From Octopus bimaculoides (Eukaryota), in NCBI RefSeq assembly GCF_001194135.2, contig NC_068986.1, positions 64,611,149 through 64,669,874 on the forward strand: a stretch of 58,726 nucleotides of DNA, read 5' to 3'. Below, piece by piece: positions 38,761-50,100 of this stretch. Made by a program: the position numbers and the translations under genes. Numbering within the stretch: position 1 is the first letter of the stretch; each line of letters starts with the position of its first letter. The notes beneath the pieces are model-generated. The model had not been told where the DNA came from. It worked only from the letters and a program-made list of their open reading frames with translations, and made no database searches.

Positions 38761-39289
38761 AATAGTAGTAGTAGTAGTTGTTGATATTCTTTTCGCCGAA
38801 GATCGGCGTTGCGCCAGCAGCCTTATGATGAAAGATGTTTCAGATATAGCGTATCTAGGACTACATTATCTAATGTTTCTTTTCTTTTTCTTTTAAGAGG
38901 CTAGGATGTAATTCCTACTTGCACGTTCGTTATTCAATAAAATCAATTCAGTACAATATATCTCATCAATCCTAGTCTACCGAGTTTGCTAATTTAATCG
39001 CGGGAGAATCTCCGTATTGGAAGTGGCGGGTCAGCGTCCAGTAACCTCTTGCTTGTAGGGTGGTCTAATCTCGATACTATCACACATCCAACTATTTCTG
39101 AAGCCATTTCTAGAAAAGTGTTATTTGCCTGGCACGCAAATAATAAATAAAGTTCAGATATCGTCTTCTACAGAGGAGATATTTCACGAACATTCATTAT
39201 CTCAATTTATTTAATATGTTAGAAATTTAGGAAAACAAGTGAATTAGTTCTACTGGAAGTAAAAACAAACATTTTCTTCCGAATATTCA

Positions 39290-39313
39290 TTGATGATGAT
39301 GATGGTGGTGGTG

Positions 39314-39366
<53 letters not shown>
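39290..39366. repeat. (GAT)/(GGT)/(AAT)n compound microsatellite; further (AAT)n tracts at 39942-40021, 40415-40460, 40998-41068
   Basis: Direct reading. Confidence 0.95.
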
Positions 39367-39368
<2 letters not shown>

Positions 39369-39941
39369 GGAATATAAGAGACGCCACGACAATATAGCCA
39401 AGCTTGTCCATTGGACACTTTGCGACAAGTATGGACTCGACAGAGCAAAAAATTGGTACGACCACAAACCCGAAAGCATCGTCGAAAATAAAAATGCAAA
39501 GATCCTATGTGATTTTATGATTCAGTGCGACCATGAGATAGAGAATAAGAAGACAGACATAGTCTTAATTGAGAAAGAAAACAAACTATGCCGGATCATA
39601 GATATAGCGTGTCCAGCTGACAACAAGGCATGCGATAAGGAAGAAAGAAAAGTTAAGAGATATGACAGGTTAGTTGAGGAAGTTAAGCAGTTGTGGTCGA
39701 TGAAAAAGGTAGCAGTAGTATCAATAATTGTCGGAGCCCTGGGAACAGTGAGCAAAAATCTCGAGAAGTACGTGGAACAAATAGGGGCTGCAATAAGGGT
39801 GGAGCACTTGCAGAAAACAGCACTGCTTGGACCCGCTCGAATACTCCGGTAGGTGCTCGAAAAATAAGAGGTGTTACTTTAGTTCACTGGTAGTGAACAG
39901 CTGACACCGCAGTACATCTCCAGTGTTAGCTGTGCAAAGGC
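39367..39941 (+). mobile_element. R4/Dong-type non-LTR retrotransposon 3' fragment (restriction-like endonuclease)
   Basis: EYKRRHDNIAKLVHW..WYDHKP..ILCDFMIQCDH..KTDIVLI..CRIIDIACP..K..RYDRL..IVGALG..LQKTALLG.ARILR; ends in (AAT)n. Confidence 0.92.
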
Positions 39942-40020
<79 letters not shown>

Positions 40021-40024
<4 letters not shown>

Positions 40025-40414
40025 ACCGACAAAAATATATCTGTCAAAGAATTTGTCAAACTAAGTAAATATAAGGACCTGGAAATTGAAATACAAAAGA
40101 CGTGGCATGTTAAAACTAGAACTGCTCCTGTTATTGCAGGTGCCCTAAATATAACAAAGAAAGGGGTGTCAGAAACATCTAGATGAGATCCCAGGAGAAC
40201 CATGTCTCAGAGAAATCCAAAATATTGTATTGACAAGTACTGCCCACATCCTTAGAAAAAACCTTGTCTTGTATTACATGAAGATATTTCACTACCTTCC
40301 CTCCCCAAGCTTTCAATCATATTGTAACATCTCTTATCCTTCACTCGCCTCAAGACGCTGGGTGTGCCTCGGCAATTGACTGTAACAAACATGCATATTA
40401 AAAGTAAAAGTGAC
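40021..40414 (+). mobile_element. Second R4/Dong-type family, 3' fragment
   Basis: PTDKNISVKEFVKLSKYKDLEIEIQKTW..PVIAGAL..STAHILRK; different 3' UTR from 39367; ends in (AAT)n. Confidence 0.88.
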
Positions 40415-40460
<46 letters not shown>

Positions 40461-40463
<3 letters not shown>

Positions 40464-40965
40464 GTCCTGACGCAGTACTAGACAGTGGCTCTCATGGCTT
40501 CTGATCTTAACTTACTGGAAGTGTTATCATGTACATTGTTTTGTCATGGTACAAAAGATGGGCTTCAGCAAATGTTCTGCTCAATACCACAAATTTGCTT
40601 GTCAGTTGTTTGACCTTAACCAGTTGAGCATGTCCCTTGTTGGCTGATGATATGTGTATCCCTGATCACGAGCAGAAGAGGTGGGGGAAACATCATAGCC
40701 ATGTGTTGAGAGGAATTCTTTGGGGTTTGGATAATTCACCTCTGGAAACATGGGTGTTTCTTTCAACATGCTTAAACAAACCTTATTCAGGGACCTTTTG
40801 AGTGAGATGGGCTACTCGACCTGAAGAAAATAATAACTGGTTCCACCTGCAAGGTCATGCGCTGTTTATCTTGCATGTTGCGCACATGTTGCGCACATAC
40901 GGTTGTGAAGCATGTGCCTGGTGTATCTTATCAGACAGGTAGTCATGATAGGTATATTGGGCTTC
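40461..40965 (-). mobile_element. Unclassified non-coding retroposon-like repeat with (ATT)n tail
   Basis: No ORF. The minus strand ends GATCAGAAGCCATGAGAGCCACTG..CAGGACATTT(ATT)n. I recognise it as a recurrent octopus repeat but have not verified this. Confidence 0.5.
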
Positions 40966-40998
40966 GTCATTTTGAGGGCATGCGCCGCTCTCTCACTC

Positions 40999-41068
<70 letters not shown>

Positions 41069-41071
<3 letters not shown>

Positions 41072-41730
41072 TGACAACAAAGCAGATCACAAACCAGATT
41101 GGTCGTCGACCGAATCACAAAGGGCCACTTACTCGATATAGATCTGCTAGCCTTAAGAAGCTACGTCACGAGAGCTCGGAGACGGTGTTGTCTCAAAAAA
41201 TTTACCCTAAACAGACAGATCCGTCCCTAGCGTCAACGTCGAAGCTTGTAATGCCTCACTGTTAATAAAACAAAATACAAACCGGAATGGTCATCGACCG
41301 TATTATAAAGGACCACTTACTCGGATAATGAATCAGATCCGAGACGAGAAATATGCTACTGGTTCAAATCTTCCCGACACACAGGAGCTGGAAGTACCCC
41401 ACAACCGGAATATTCCAACAGATGGCCATCCATGCTCGTCATCAAATAACCAAAAGAAAAAGAATGAAAAATGGTCTAGGGAAGATAATAAAGAAGTTCT
41501 TACAGCCTTCTACCATGCCATATATTTCCCTACAGATAAATCTAATACTGTACAAACCTACTTATGGTTTCTTACACATTCACTAGAACAAAACTTACAA
41601 ATCCAAATATATGGTACCCTAGGCATAACACCTACATGAACTTCTAACTTGTTGTCTCTTGAGGTCTCTAGGTGAGACTTGGATCCAACTTGTACAAATG
41701 CAAAACAAAAGTCAAACATAAAAAAAAATA
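41069..41730 (+). mobile_element. R4/Dong-type element: 5' ORF start fused to a probable 3' UTR (large internal deletion)
   Basis: KKNEKWSREDNKEVLTAFYHA resembles the N-terminal KW..E.N motif; switches near 41560 to non-coding sequence ending CAAACAT-A-run-(AAT)n. Confidence 0.6.
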
Positions 41731-41738
41731 ATAATAAT

Positions 41739-41995
41739 GAAAAGTGGGGGCTAGAGAGGGGCAAGGCGTGGTATGAGCACAAACCGCAGAGAGTGGCGGG
41801 GTCGGAGACTAGCAAAATCCTATGGGATTTCCCAATATAAACAGATTAGGCGCTAGAGCATAACATACCGGACCTAGTGGTGGTGAACAAGCTGCACTAA
41901 TAAGCTGAAAAGAACGAATAGCACGGTACCATAGACTGCAAGTTGTAAGCCCGCCACGCATACAGGACTCCAGGAGCTCCAACAAATCCTGTGAT
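41739..41995 (+). mobile_element. Third RLE-domain fragment
   Basis: KWGLERGKAWYEHKPQRV..KILWDFPI*TD..HNIPDLVVVNK. Confidence 0.85.
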
Positions 41996-42074
41996 AAAGA
42001 GAAAATAACAACACCAACAACAACAGCAACAACAACAGCAACAACAACAACAATAATAATAATGATAATAACAA

Positions 42075-42235
42075 TTCTTTCTACTGGAAGTACAAAGCCT
42101 TAAATTTGGGGAAGGGATTAAGTCGATTACATGAACCCCAGTGCGTAACTGGTACTTATTTAATCGACCTCGAAAAGATGAAAGGCAAAGTCGACCTCGG
42201 CAGTATTTGAACTCAGAACATAGCGGCAGACGAGT
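42075..42235 (-). mobile_element. SINE family 2
   Basis: GGTACTTATTTAATCGACCTCGAAAAGATGAAAGGCAAAGTCGACCTCGGCAG. Confidence 0.88.
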
Positions 42236-42312
42236 TCTAATTAGCAACTGTTAGGTGGCAATGTGTCGAGTGTGATGGAAGAAATTTCAAACTTCATGAA
42301 AGAGAGAGTAAA

Positions 42313-42504
42313 ATATGTTTATTTGTTACTGATTATACATAATATCGAAGTACATGTGTGTATATTCTTCAATAGCATTAGTCACAGTGCGTTCTAATGA
42401 AGGTGGTATACATATACACATACATGCATACATACATGCATACATGCATACATGCATACATACATACATACATACACATATATGTATAGATATGTACATG
42501 TTTC

Positions 42505-42536
<32 letters not shown>

Positions 42537-42703
42537 TGTGTATNNNNNNNNNNNNNNNNNNNNNNNNNNNNNNNNNNNNNNNNNNNNNNNNNNNNNNNNN
42601 NNNNNNNNNNNNNNNNNNNNNNNNNNNNNNNNNNNNNNNNNNNNNNNNNNNNNNNNNNNNNNNNNNNNNNNNNNNNNNNNNNNNNNNNNNNNNNNNNNNN
42701 NNN

Positions 42704-42758
<55 letters not shown>

Positions 42759-43853
42759 TGTGTTTATGTTTGTATCTGTGTGTGTTTTGGTGGGCGTGTA
42801 TTTTTCGACTTCCTTCTTCAGAATTATTTTTATATCAGACACCTCCCCCGCCAAAGTTCTTCAATAATTTCTTCTCTACATTTCTCGTAAATCAAGAAAC
42901 AGTTCAAGTGTTAAGTTGTTTCCTAATGGCAATATCATTATTTAGGATTGCTGAGCAGTTTTACTCTCACAATCATTTGGTCTGGTACTGTGCCAAAGAT
43001 TACACCACATGGTAATGGTATAACGGTGCAAGGGAAGAAGTTATACCCACCTAAAGTTACGGCTGGATAAAAACAAACGATACTACACTCCACGTTCATG
43101 AAAATGATTTCTCTAGTTTGCTTGGTTAAAATTGATACTTTCTTTGACACAAAGCTAGTATTTCATAAGATAGGATAACAGTTGATTAGCCCGACCTCAA
43201 TATGTAACTGATACTTACTTTATCGACCATAGATGAATAAATTTAAAACCTATCCGGAGGTTTGAGTTTTGAATTCAGAAATACGAAATCATGTTCTGTA
43301 AGACCTCTAGTCAGAGGTTGTCGCTATTTTTCTCAACTTAGTTCTGCTACCAGTAGCACAGTATAATTAACGAGTGTCGCGTTAGCTTGCAATTATAAGT
43401 CCAAATCCTTCCACATATTCAACTTTGAAGAAGGATGAATTCCATGAAACTAACTTACGAGGAATAGCAGACCTTGGGAGGATAAAATCAAAATATTGTA
43501 AAGTATTTGATCCAGCACATTTGACTTACTACCACTCTGTCACCTCACCGTATATGTTTATTTGTTACTGATTATACATAAGATCGAAGTACATGTGTGT
43601 ATATTCTTCAATAGCATTAGTCACAGTGCGTTCTAATGAAGGTGGTATACATACATATACACATACATGCATACATACATGCATACATGCATACGTACAT
43701 ACATACATACATACATACACATATATGTATAGATATGTACATGTTTCTCTGTGTGTGTGTGTATGTGTGTGTGTGTGTGTGTGCGCGTGTGCGTGTGTTT
43801 ATGTGTGTATCTGTGTGTGTTTTGGTGGGCGTGTATTTTTCGACTTCCTTCTT
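42313..43853. repeat. Direct duplication: 42313-42818 and 43552-43853
   Basis: About 100 bp of unique sequence (ATATGTTTATTTGTTACTG...TGAAGGTGGTATAC) plus microsatellites and the tail GGTGGGCGTGTATTTTTCGACTTCCTTCTT are near-identical in both copies. Confidence 0.92.
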
Positions 43854-45464
43854 TGAAACTAAACTGCAAACGTGATCCCGTAAGCTCAAAAGTAATTTCC
43901 TATCTAGACATGTCAATGAACTAATATCGATTTCACTTCATTTCATTTGCACCATTAACATGCAAAGTAGGCTAAAAGCGTATATATTGAGGAGAGAGCA
44001 AGAAAATAAGTCCCGACATGGCTCACTGCGTTGTCATCCACGCGGCCTTTCAAAATTACTTGAGACATTGAATGCTTTGTGAATCTCTAACACGATCAAG
44101 TTGTTACAATCCAACGTAATCATTCCGCAACACCAGTCATGTTTTAAGAATGCTTTAAACAATATACTTTCACATACTGAACTTTGGAGGTGAGATTTCG
44201 GTGATAAAAAACAAACAAACAAAAAATAAACAGAGTGAAAATATAAATTAGTAAATTGACTTGTTTGTACCTTCCCGAGAATATGATATCTATCCATTGA
44301 ATTACCGACCTATTCGAAACTAGCAAAAGGTAGCGGGAAAATAGCACATACATTAAAACCTGATTGACAAAGTGATAAAATTACGTTTTCCATGAATAAT
44401 CGGATAGCGTTGTTAGTTGTATGACTACGACAGCAAGAATTATAGTCCTGTTGAATCAACACGACTTAAATTTAATTTGCTGTTCTTTATCCAGTACTTT
44501 TTAAAAGCTTTTTACTCGTTTATAAAGTATTTTTGTAACATGTCGTCAGATACATCTTGTGTTTTAGTAGATGTCTTCTCTGAATGTCATGGTATTTAGT
44601 GCGTAATTGGTATGGTGTTGATTTTCCTGATAAAAGACGAGAGACAAGCGTAGATTTGAGTAATAGCTCCCGCTGTTCGTAATGTATTTGGTTTGGACAC
44701 TGTTTTCAGTAAAATACCATATAATGAATAACTAAGATCTTGAATGTTGACAGCTCACATTTCTGTTTTTACTAAGTGAATATAAAATGAGAAAGAAAAT
44801 AAATACAACTGGAAATTTCAAATTTGAATGGCTAACATAACAATCCTCCTACGAATGAATACGGTACAGATTTGGATCTTGTTTGAGCAGAAAACAACAT
44901 AATGAATTACTATTTATCTAATAAACTGTCATCACTTCTTTATTTTCTTTCTACATTTGGAAAATTTTTAATTAAATCGCAGATGACATTAAAAAAAATT
45001 AGCAATTTCTAGTTTTTATGTTCAATGGCTTTACTAATGGAGATTTTATTTTGTTTTTATTAGCTATTCTTACATAAAAATCTTACCATTTCGCACTTTC
45101 GTGCAATTTATCAGCTAAACCTGAATCTGTGAGATAGAATTGTCGTGTAAACGAATTTTCTGAAGTTCATTTTAAAAATCGGATTAGCTCTTGGTTGAGT
45201 AATTAAATCGGTTCCAAGCTTTATTATAGATATAATTTCATACTGAAATTAATTATACTGAAATTAATCGCAAATGAATCAGTAGTTAAGACTTTCTTAA
45301 TAACTTGCTTTTTCAAGTAATCACATACTTGTATTTCTTGCTGTCAATATCAACTTCATCTTTATACTTCATCACAATATTACTGAAAACGAAGACAAGA
45401 ACCAAAAGCCAGATAACTTAACATGTTCTGTTAAACATATTTCCATTCATTCATTGCATCCATT

Positions 45465-45490
45465 CTGCCAGCCAGCCAGCCAACCCACCA

Positions 45491-45534
<44 letters not shown>

Positions 45535-45583
45535 ACCAGCCAGCCAGCCAGCCAGCTAGCCAGCCAGCTAGCCATCCATCCAT
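45465..45583. repeat. (GCCA)n tetranucleotide microsatellite
   Basis: Direct reading. Confidence 0.95.
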
Positions 45584-45704
45584 TGTATCCGCATCTATAT
45601 TAATACACATATTAATAGAAATATAGATTCATAGATAACTGTGTTTTTGTCTTCCTTTGTTTGTCTGATCGTTTGTTTATTTGTTTCTTTCTTTCTCCCC
45701 CTCC

Positions 45705-46300
45705 CCCAGAAGGTGCATTACAGAAGAAGTTTTGACAGTTTTTCAGGAGACGTTTATTAATTTGAAACAAGTACAAAATTAATCTCTTTCAAAGTAGAAC
45801 CCTCCAACTTCAATGTGGTTGTTGTAGTGTTCGAGTCACTTTGTCGAGGTCATATGAAACTTTCAAAGTGAAGGTGTGCAAGACACATGTCATAGCCTCT
45901 TTTATCTTCTCCTCCTGCTTGGGGAACAACCAAAACTCACAAGGAACAAGGTTTGGATAGTTGGGAGGGCCAAAGACAGTTTTGATGTCCATCTCTGTCA
46001 AGTAGTTGGTTACCAGGATATGGAATTGTGGACTGGAGCATTGGCCCAGTACAAGTGTGCTGGCATTTTGTAAGGAAGTCTTTTCCTAAACTTCCTCAAA
46101 ACCTCCACAAAGTACTATTTTTGACCGTCGGGCCAGAAGAAACCCAGTGGATTTAGATGATACCCTTACTCTCAGAAAAGGGGGTCATGTGTTTCCCGGA
46201 GAAATTACTTTGTCTGGACTATTGTGCCAGTGAAAAACATGTTTGGCTCATACAAGTTAATCCATAAGCGGTCTGGAACATTTCACAAGTTTCTATTGCG
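45705..46300 (-). mobile_element. mariner-type transposon relic, internally deleted
   Basis: Minus IKTVFGPPNYPNLVPCEFWLFPK (HPPYSPDLAPCDFWLFPK) and KEAMT.VL.T. Confidence 0.75.
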
Positions 46301-46634
46301 CTTTTGCCCAGTTTAACAAAAAACTTTATTTCATAGCGAGCTTCTAAACATCTCGTCTGCATTCTACAAACTAATCAGCTGTGACAAGAAGTGTCTTAGC
46401 AGGGAGTATTCAATGTGCTGTTTCAGTCGTTTCCTTCAATATGGAGTAACAAAAGTTGGTGGGAGCGTTTTTAGATGTATATTGTATCGTAATAATATAC
46501 TAAAATTTCAGTAATCTAGAACACTTATAACTATCTCTCCTAAAAAGACTCAAAACCTTTGGAATGCCCCTAGTGTGTATGTGTGTGTGGTATACATACA
46601 TACATACATACATACATACATACATACATACAAA

Positions 46635-46752
46635 CAAAAATAAATACCCTGTTGTTGATGTTGAAATTCCAATAAAGGGGCCTTGAATCTAGGTTAGAAA
46701 CCGGTTCTTTCACTATTGGCAAGAAATCTTGAAATAAACTGAATTATGGCGT
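46635..46752 (+). mobile_element. Short retroposon 3' remnant next to (TACA)n
   Basis: CCCTGTTGTTG..GAAATTCC...GTTAGAAACCGG..GGCAAGAAATCTTGAAATAAACTG. Recognised from memory as a recurrent repeat end; unverified. Confidence 0.35.
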
Positions 46753-46764
46753 ACATACTATAAG

Positions 46765-46830
46765 TAGAAGACACTTGCCCAAAGTGCAACGCAGTGGGAC
46801 TGAATCTGGAACCACACAGCCACGCCTGCA
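46765..46830 (-). mobile_element. SINE family 1 head fragment
   Basis: AGAAGACACTTGCCCAAAGTGCAACGCAGTGGGACTGAA. Confidence 0.8.
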
Positions 46831-46994
46831 CTTATGCATGTGTATATTTTTTTTGAAGCAGCTTAAATAATGTAAACATTATCATTATGCAACACTTAAT
46901 GAATGTGTTTTAAATTTAGCGTTAATTGTTGACTCACTTAATCATGATAAAAGTATCCCGAAAGAATATTTCGAAAGTAATACAGTACATCTAC

Positions 46995-47145
46995 ACGTTC
47001 TGAGTTCAAATTTTGCCGAGGTTGACTTTGTCTCTTATACTTTCGGGTCGATAAAATAAGTATCAGTGGAACCCCGGGGTCGATGTAATCGACTTACCCC
47101 TCTCCTAAAATTGCTGCCCTTGTACCAAAACTTGAAACCAATATT
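46995..47145 (+). mobile_element. SINE family 2, 3' part
   Basis: CGTTCTGAGTTCAAATTTTGCCGAGGTTGACTTTG...GGTCGATGTAATCGACTTACCCC...TTGAAACCAATATT. Confidence 0.88.
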
Positions 47146-48330
47146 ATACTTTATTATGATGCAATCATAATAGGAACCGATCTTTAATCTACTACTGTAT
47201 ACAATTTAGTGAGTATATGCAGTATACAATGGAAGATAATAGGAAAAGTTAAAAGTGAAGACATAATTAGAAGAGAAGGATTCTAAATAAAACAAATGCT
47301 AAGTCCTTAGCTTAAACTATTTTCCAAAACGTTACTGATAACCCCCCCCCCCACCAAAAAAAAAACAGGTAAAGATATGGTAGAAAGAAAATAAGAAAAA
47401 ATTCACTCTTTGAAGAAAGAAAAAAATATATAAAAGTTTATCTAAATCTTCAAAACATACCCTATGATTCGATTTCAAGTACTTATCTACAGTGCTGTAT
47501 CTTTTTATCTCGTTTTCAAATGCGTTTTAAGAATTGTTTCACAACAGTTTAAGACAGATAATCCCGAAAGATAAGCTGAAACTAAAACTACTTTATAATC
47601 AGTGGAAAGAACATTCAGACCTTCGAAGCGAGAAATATTGGAATGAAATCAAGTTAAAATTCAGATCTGAAGTCTATCAGAGGAAAAAAAAACAAAAAAA
47701 AAAACTCAGTAACACAGTTTGTTTTTAATCTCTCCCAATCAATCCCAACATAAAATATTTTTTCATCTAAAATCCACTCTTAAGACTTTTACTTCAGTAA
47801 ACAAAGAAATGGCTACAGCCTGGGTTTTTCTGTTTCGCTACTTATAACAGAACATTATCAGCTGGTATTCATTATAATCCCCCATTACTTACCACCAGAT
47901 TCTCTCTATTCTTTTCGATATGACCTAGTATCCTAAATTCTAAAATAATGAGGTCAATCGTCAGAAGTGTATGTATATATATACATATATATGTATGTGT
48001 GCGAGCGCGTGTGTGTGTATACATACATGAATGTACACACATATATACATATTTATATACACACACACTCACAGACGCACGCATTCAGACACACACACAT
48101 TCACACGCGTGCGCGCACACACACATCCACACACACACATATATGTGAATTGGCAGAGACAAAAAAATTAATGGTGGATAGAAATACCTTACGATATTTA
48201 TTGAAGTTCTCTGCGTTCAAATTCCGCACATATTAAATTTACCTTTTATTCTTCTTTACTCGATAAATAAAGTATCAGTCAAGTACTGGATTTGATTCTT
48301 CCTCCTCTTTCTTTTTTTCTTTCTTCCTTC

Positions 48331-48365
<35 letters not shown>

Positions 48366-48634
48366 TCACTCCCTTAATCAGCAATGATGTACTGTGAGAA
48401 GAGTCGAAATGGAGAAGGGTAGAACTTGGATCCATCCAGGGATGGCCGAATAAATCGTATAACATAAAACAGCAGTATACATGTATATGAGTGTGTGTTC
48501 ATGCATTATATATATATATATGCATGTATATGTGGATGTGTGTGTGTGTGTGTACACACAAACACACACACACTCACACACAAGCACACACACATAATTA
48601 ATACGGTTCTATATTTAAGAGATGAGGAAGTATG

Positions 48635-48856
48635 TACATTATTTACATTTGACAGATATTTGCCCTCATCTTGTTTGTTGTTAACACAACGTTTCGGCTG
48701 ATATACCCTCCAGCCCTCATCAGGTGTCTTGGGGAAATTTCGTTCTCATTCCTAAGGTATATTATTATTATTATTATTATTCAGGCCACTGCCTGGAATC
48801 GAATTTGGAATCTTGGAGTTAGTAACCCGCGCTCTTAGCCACTACGCTATATGCCC
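48635..48856 (-). mobile_element. tRNA-headed SINE-like element carrying a hammerhead ribozyme
   Basis: Minus: GGGCATA-TAGCGTAGTGG (A box, 48849-39)...AATTCGATTCC (B-box-like, 48805-795), (AAT)n, HHR, then a ~52-nt tail. Confidence 0.8.
48683..48728 (-). ncRNA. Minimal type I hammerhead ribozyme
   Basis: GACAC-CUGAUGA-G-GGCUG-(10 nt)-CAGCC-GAAAC-GUU-GUGUU: intact core, 5-bp stem II, 5-bp stem I, and helix III replaced by the AACGUU palindrome. Confidence 0.8.
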
Positions 48857-48858
48857 GT

Positions 48859-48925
48859 GGGCATACAGCGTTGTGTTAACAACAAACAAAATGAGGACAA
48901 ATATCCGTCAAATGTAAATAATGTA
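48859..48925 (+). repeat. Inverted partial copy of the HHR element (57-bp inverted repeat with 48635-48691)
   Basis: 48869-48925 is the reverse complement of 48635-48691 with 3 mismatches, and is preceded by GGGCATA. Confidence 0.92.
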
Positions 48926-48959
48926 ATTAATCTATTTATTAATTGTTATAATGTGGATA

Positions 48960-50085
48960 TTTAATATTTAGCAGACATACCCTTTGCACTTTTCAATGCA
49001 AGGACCCTATTAGGCATGTTACTGATCAGATGACGAATATTTTCTTGCGGAATTTCTTGCCAAGTTTTATGCAGTAATCTCAAAAGATTTGACTTTGAAG
49101 ATGCTTTCTGGTTCTTTTCATGACGTCCTGTCCATTATGTCCCAGAGGTGTTCAATAGGTTTCATATCTGGTGACTGGCTTGACCATGGAAGCTTTTTAA
49201 TGCCATTCTCATCTAACAAATCTTGGGTAATGTTGGCCATGTAACAAGGAGCCCAATCTTCCACAAATAAATAGTCTTCTTTAATCATTTCTCCACTTGA
49301 GAAGATTGGGAGATCTTTCTGCAATATGGACGCATATTTATCTAAGTTTCCTTCACACTCCACCTGCTCTGATCAACCATTACTCCAAATTGATCCCCAG
49401 ACCATCACAGAATAGCTGCCGTGTTTCACTTTTGGCAGTAATCTTTTCATATAAAATTCTTGATCAGAGTCTCCAGACCGACACTCGACCACTGTCAGGA
49501 AATACGACAAATCTGGACTCATCAGAGAGTACGACAATGTCCCAAAATTCTAGTGGCCTCTCCACCATCTCACTGACCCAATTCTTTCTCCGCTTGATGT
49601 TGGCTGGTCGAAGTGGCTTCCTTCTTGCTGCTCTGCCATAGTAATCAAGTTTGTGGAGATAATTGACAGCTGTTCTAGGACTGACATCAACTGGTTCTGC
49701 TATGTCAGAGGCCTTGCAATGATGATTATCCTCCATACTTCTTTTAACAAAGAGAAGGGTCCTGTTAGAGAGCATTGGTTGATCTGGACGAAGTGATGTG
49801 GACTTCTTTCTCTCTCTCTAGTGAATTGCACAATCACTCTATTAACTGTAGAAAGCAGGATCCCAAGGTTTTCTGTGATTTTACGCCATGTCCACCTTCA
49901 GAATGACTCACAATAGGCCTCTTTGAGATTCAGACAGATCCAAGTCTTTTGTACATGGCATGATTAAACAGTCACATATAGAGCCTAAAGCATAAAAATT
50001 AATAGAAATTATAAACCTTTACAAGTTAGAATTAACATAAAACAACGTTTTATCTGGTATCTATTTACTTCTGTCATGTCTATGT
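48960..50085 (-). mobile_element. Tc1 (DD34E) transposon pseudogene
   Basis: SDESRF; second D in VEDWAPC followed by 34 residues to the E of SPDMKPIE; C-terminal MPNRV.AL..AKG. Frameshifted; no left TIR seen. Confidence 0.92.
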
Positions 50086-50100
50086 ATATATATATATATA

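Noticed and set aside
48783-48856. Functional tRNA gene
   Set aside because: The acceptor and T stems do not pair well and the B box is mutated; it is better read as a SINE head.
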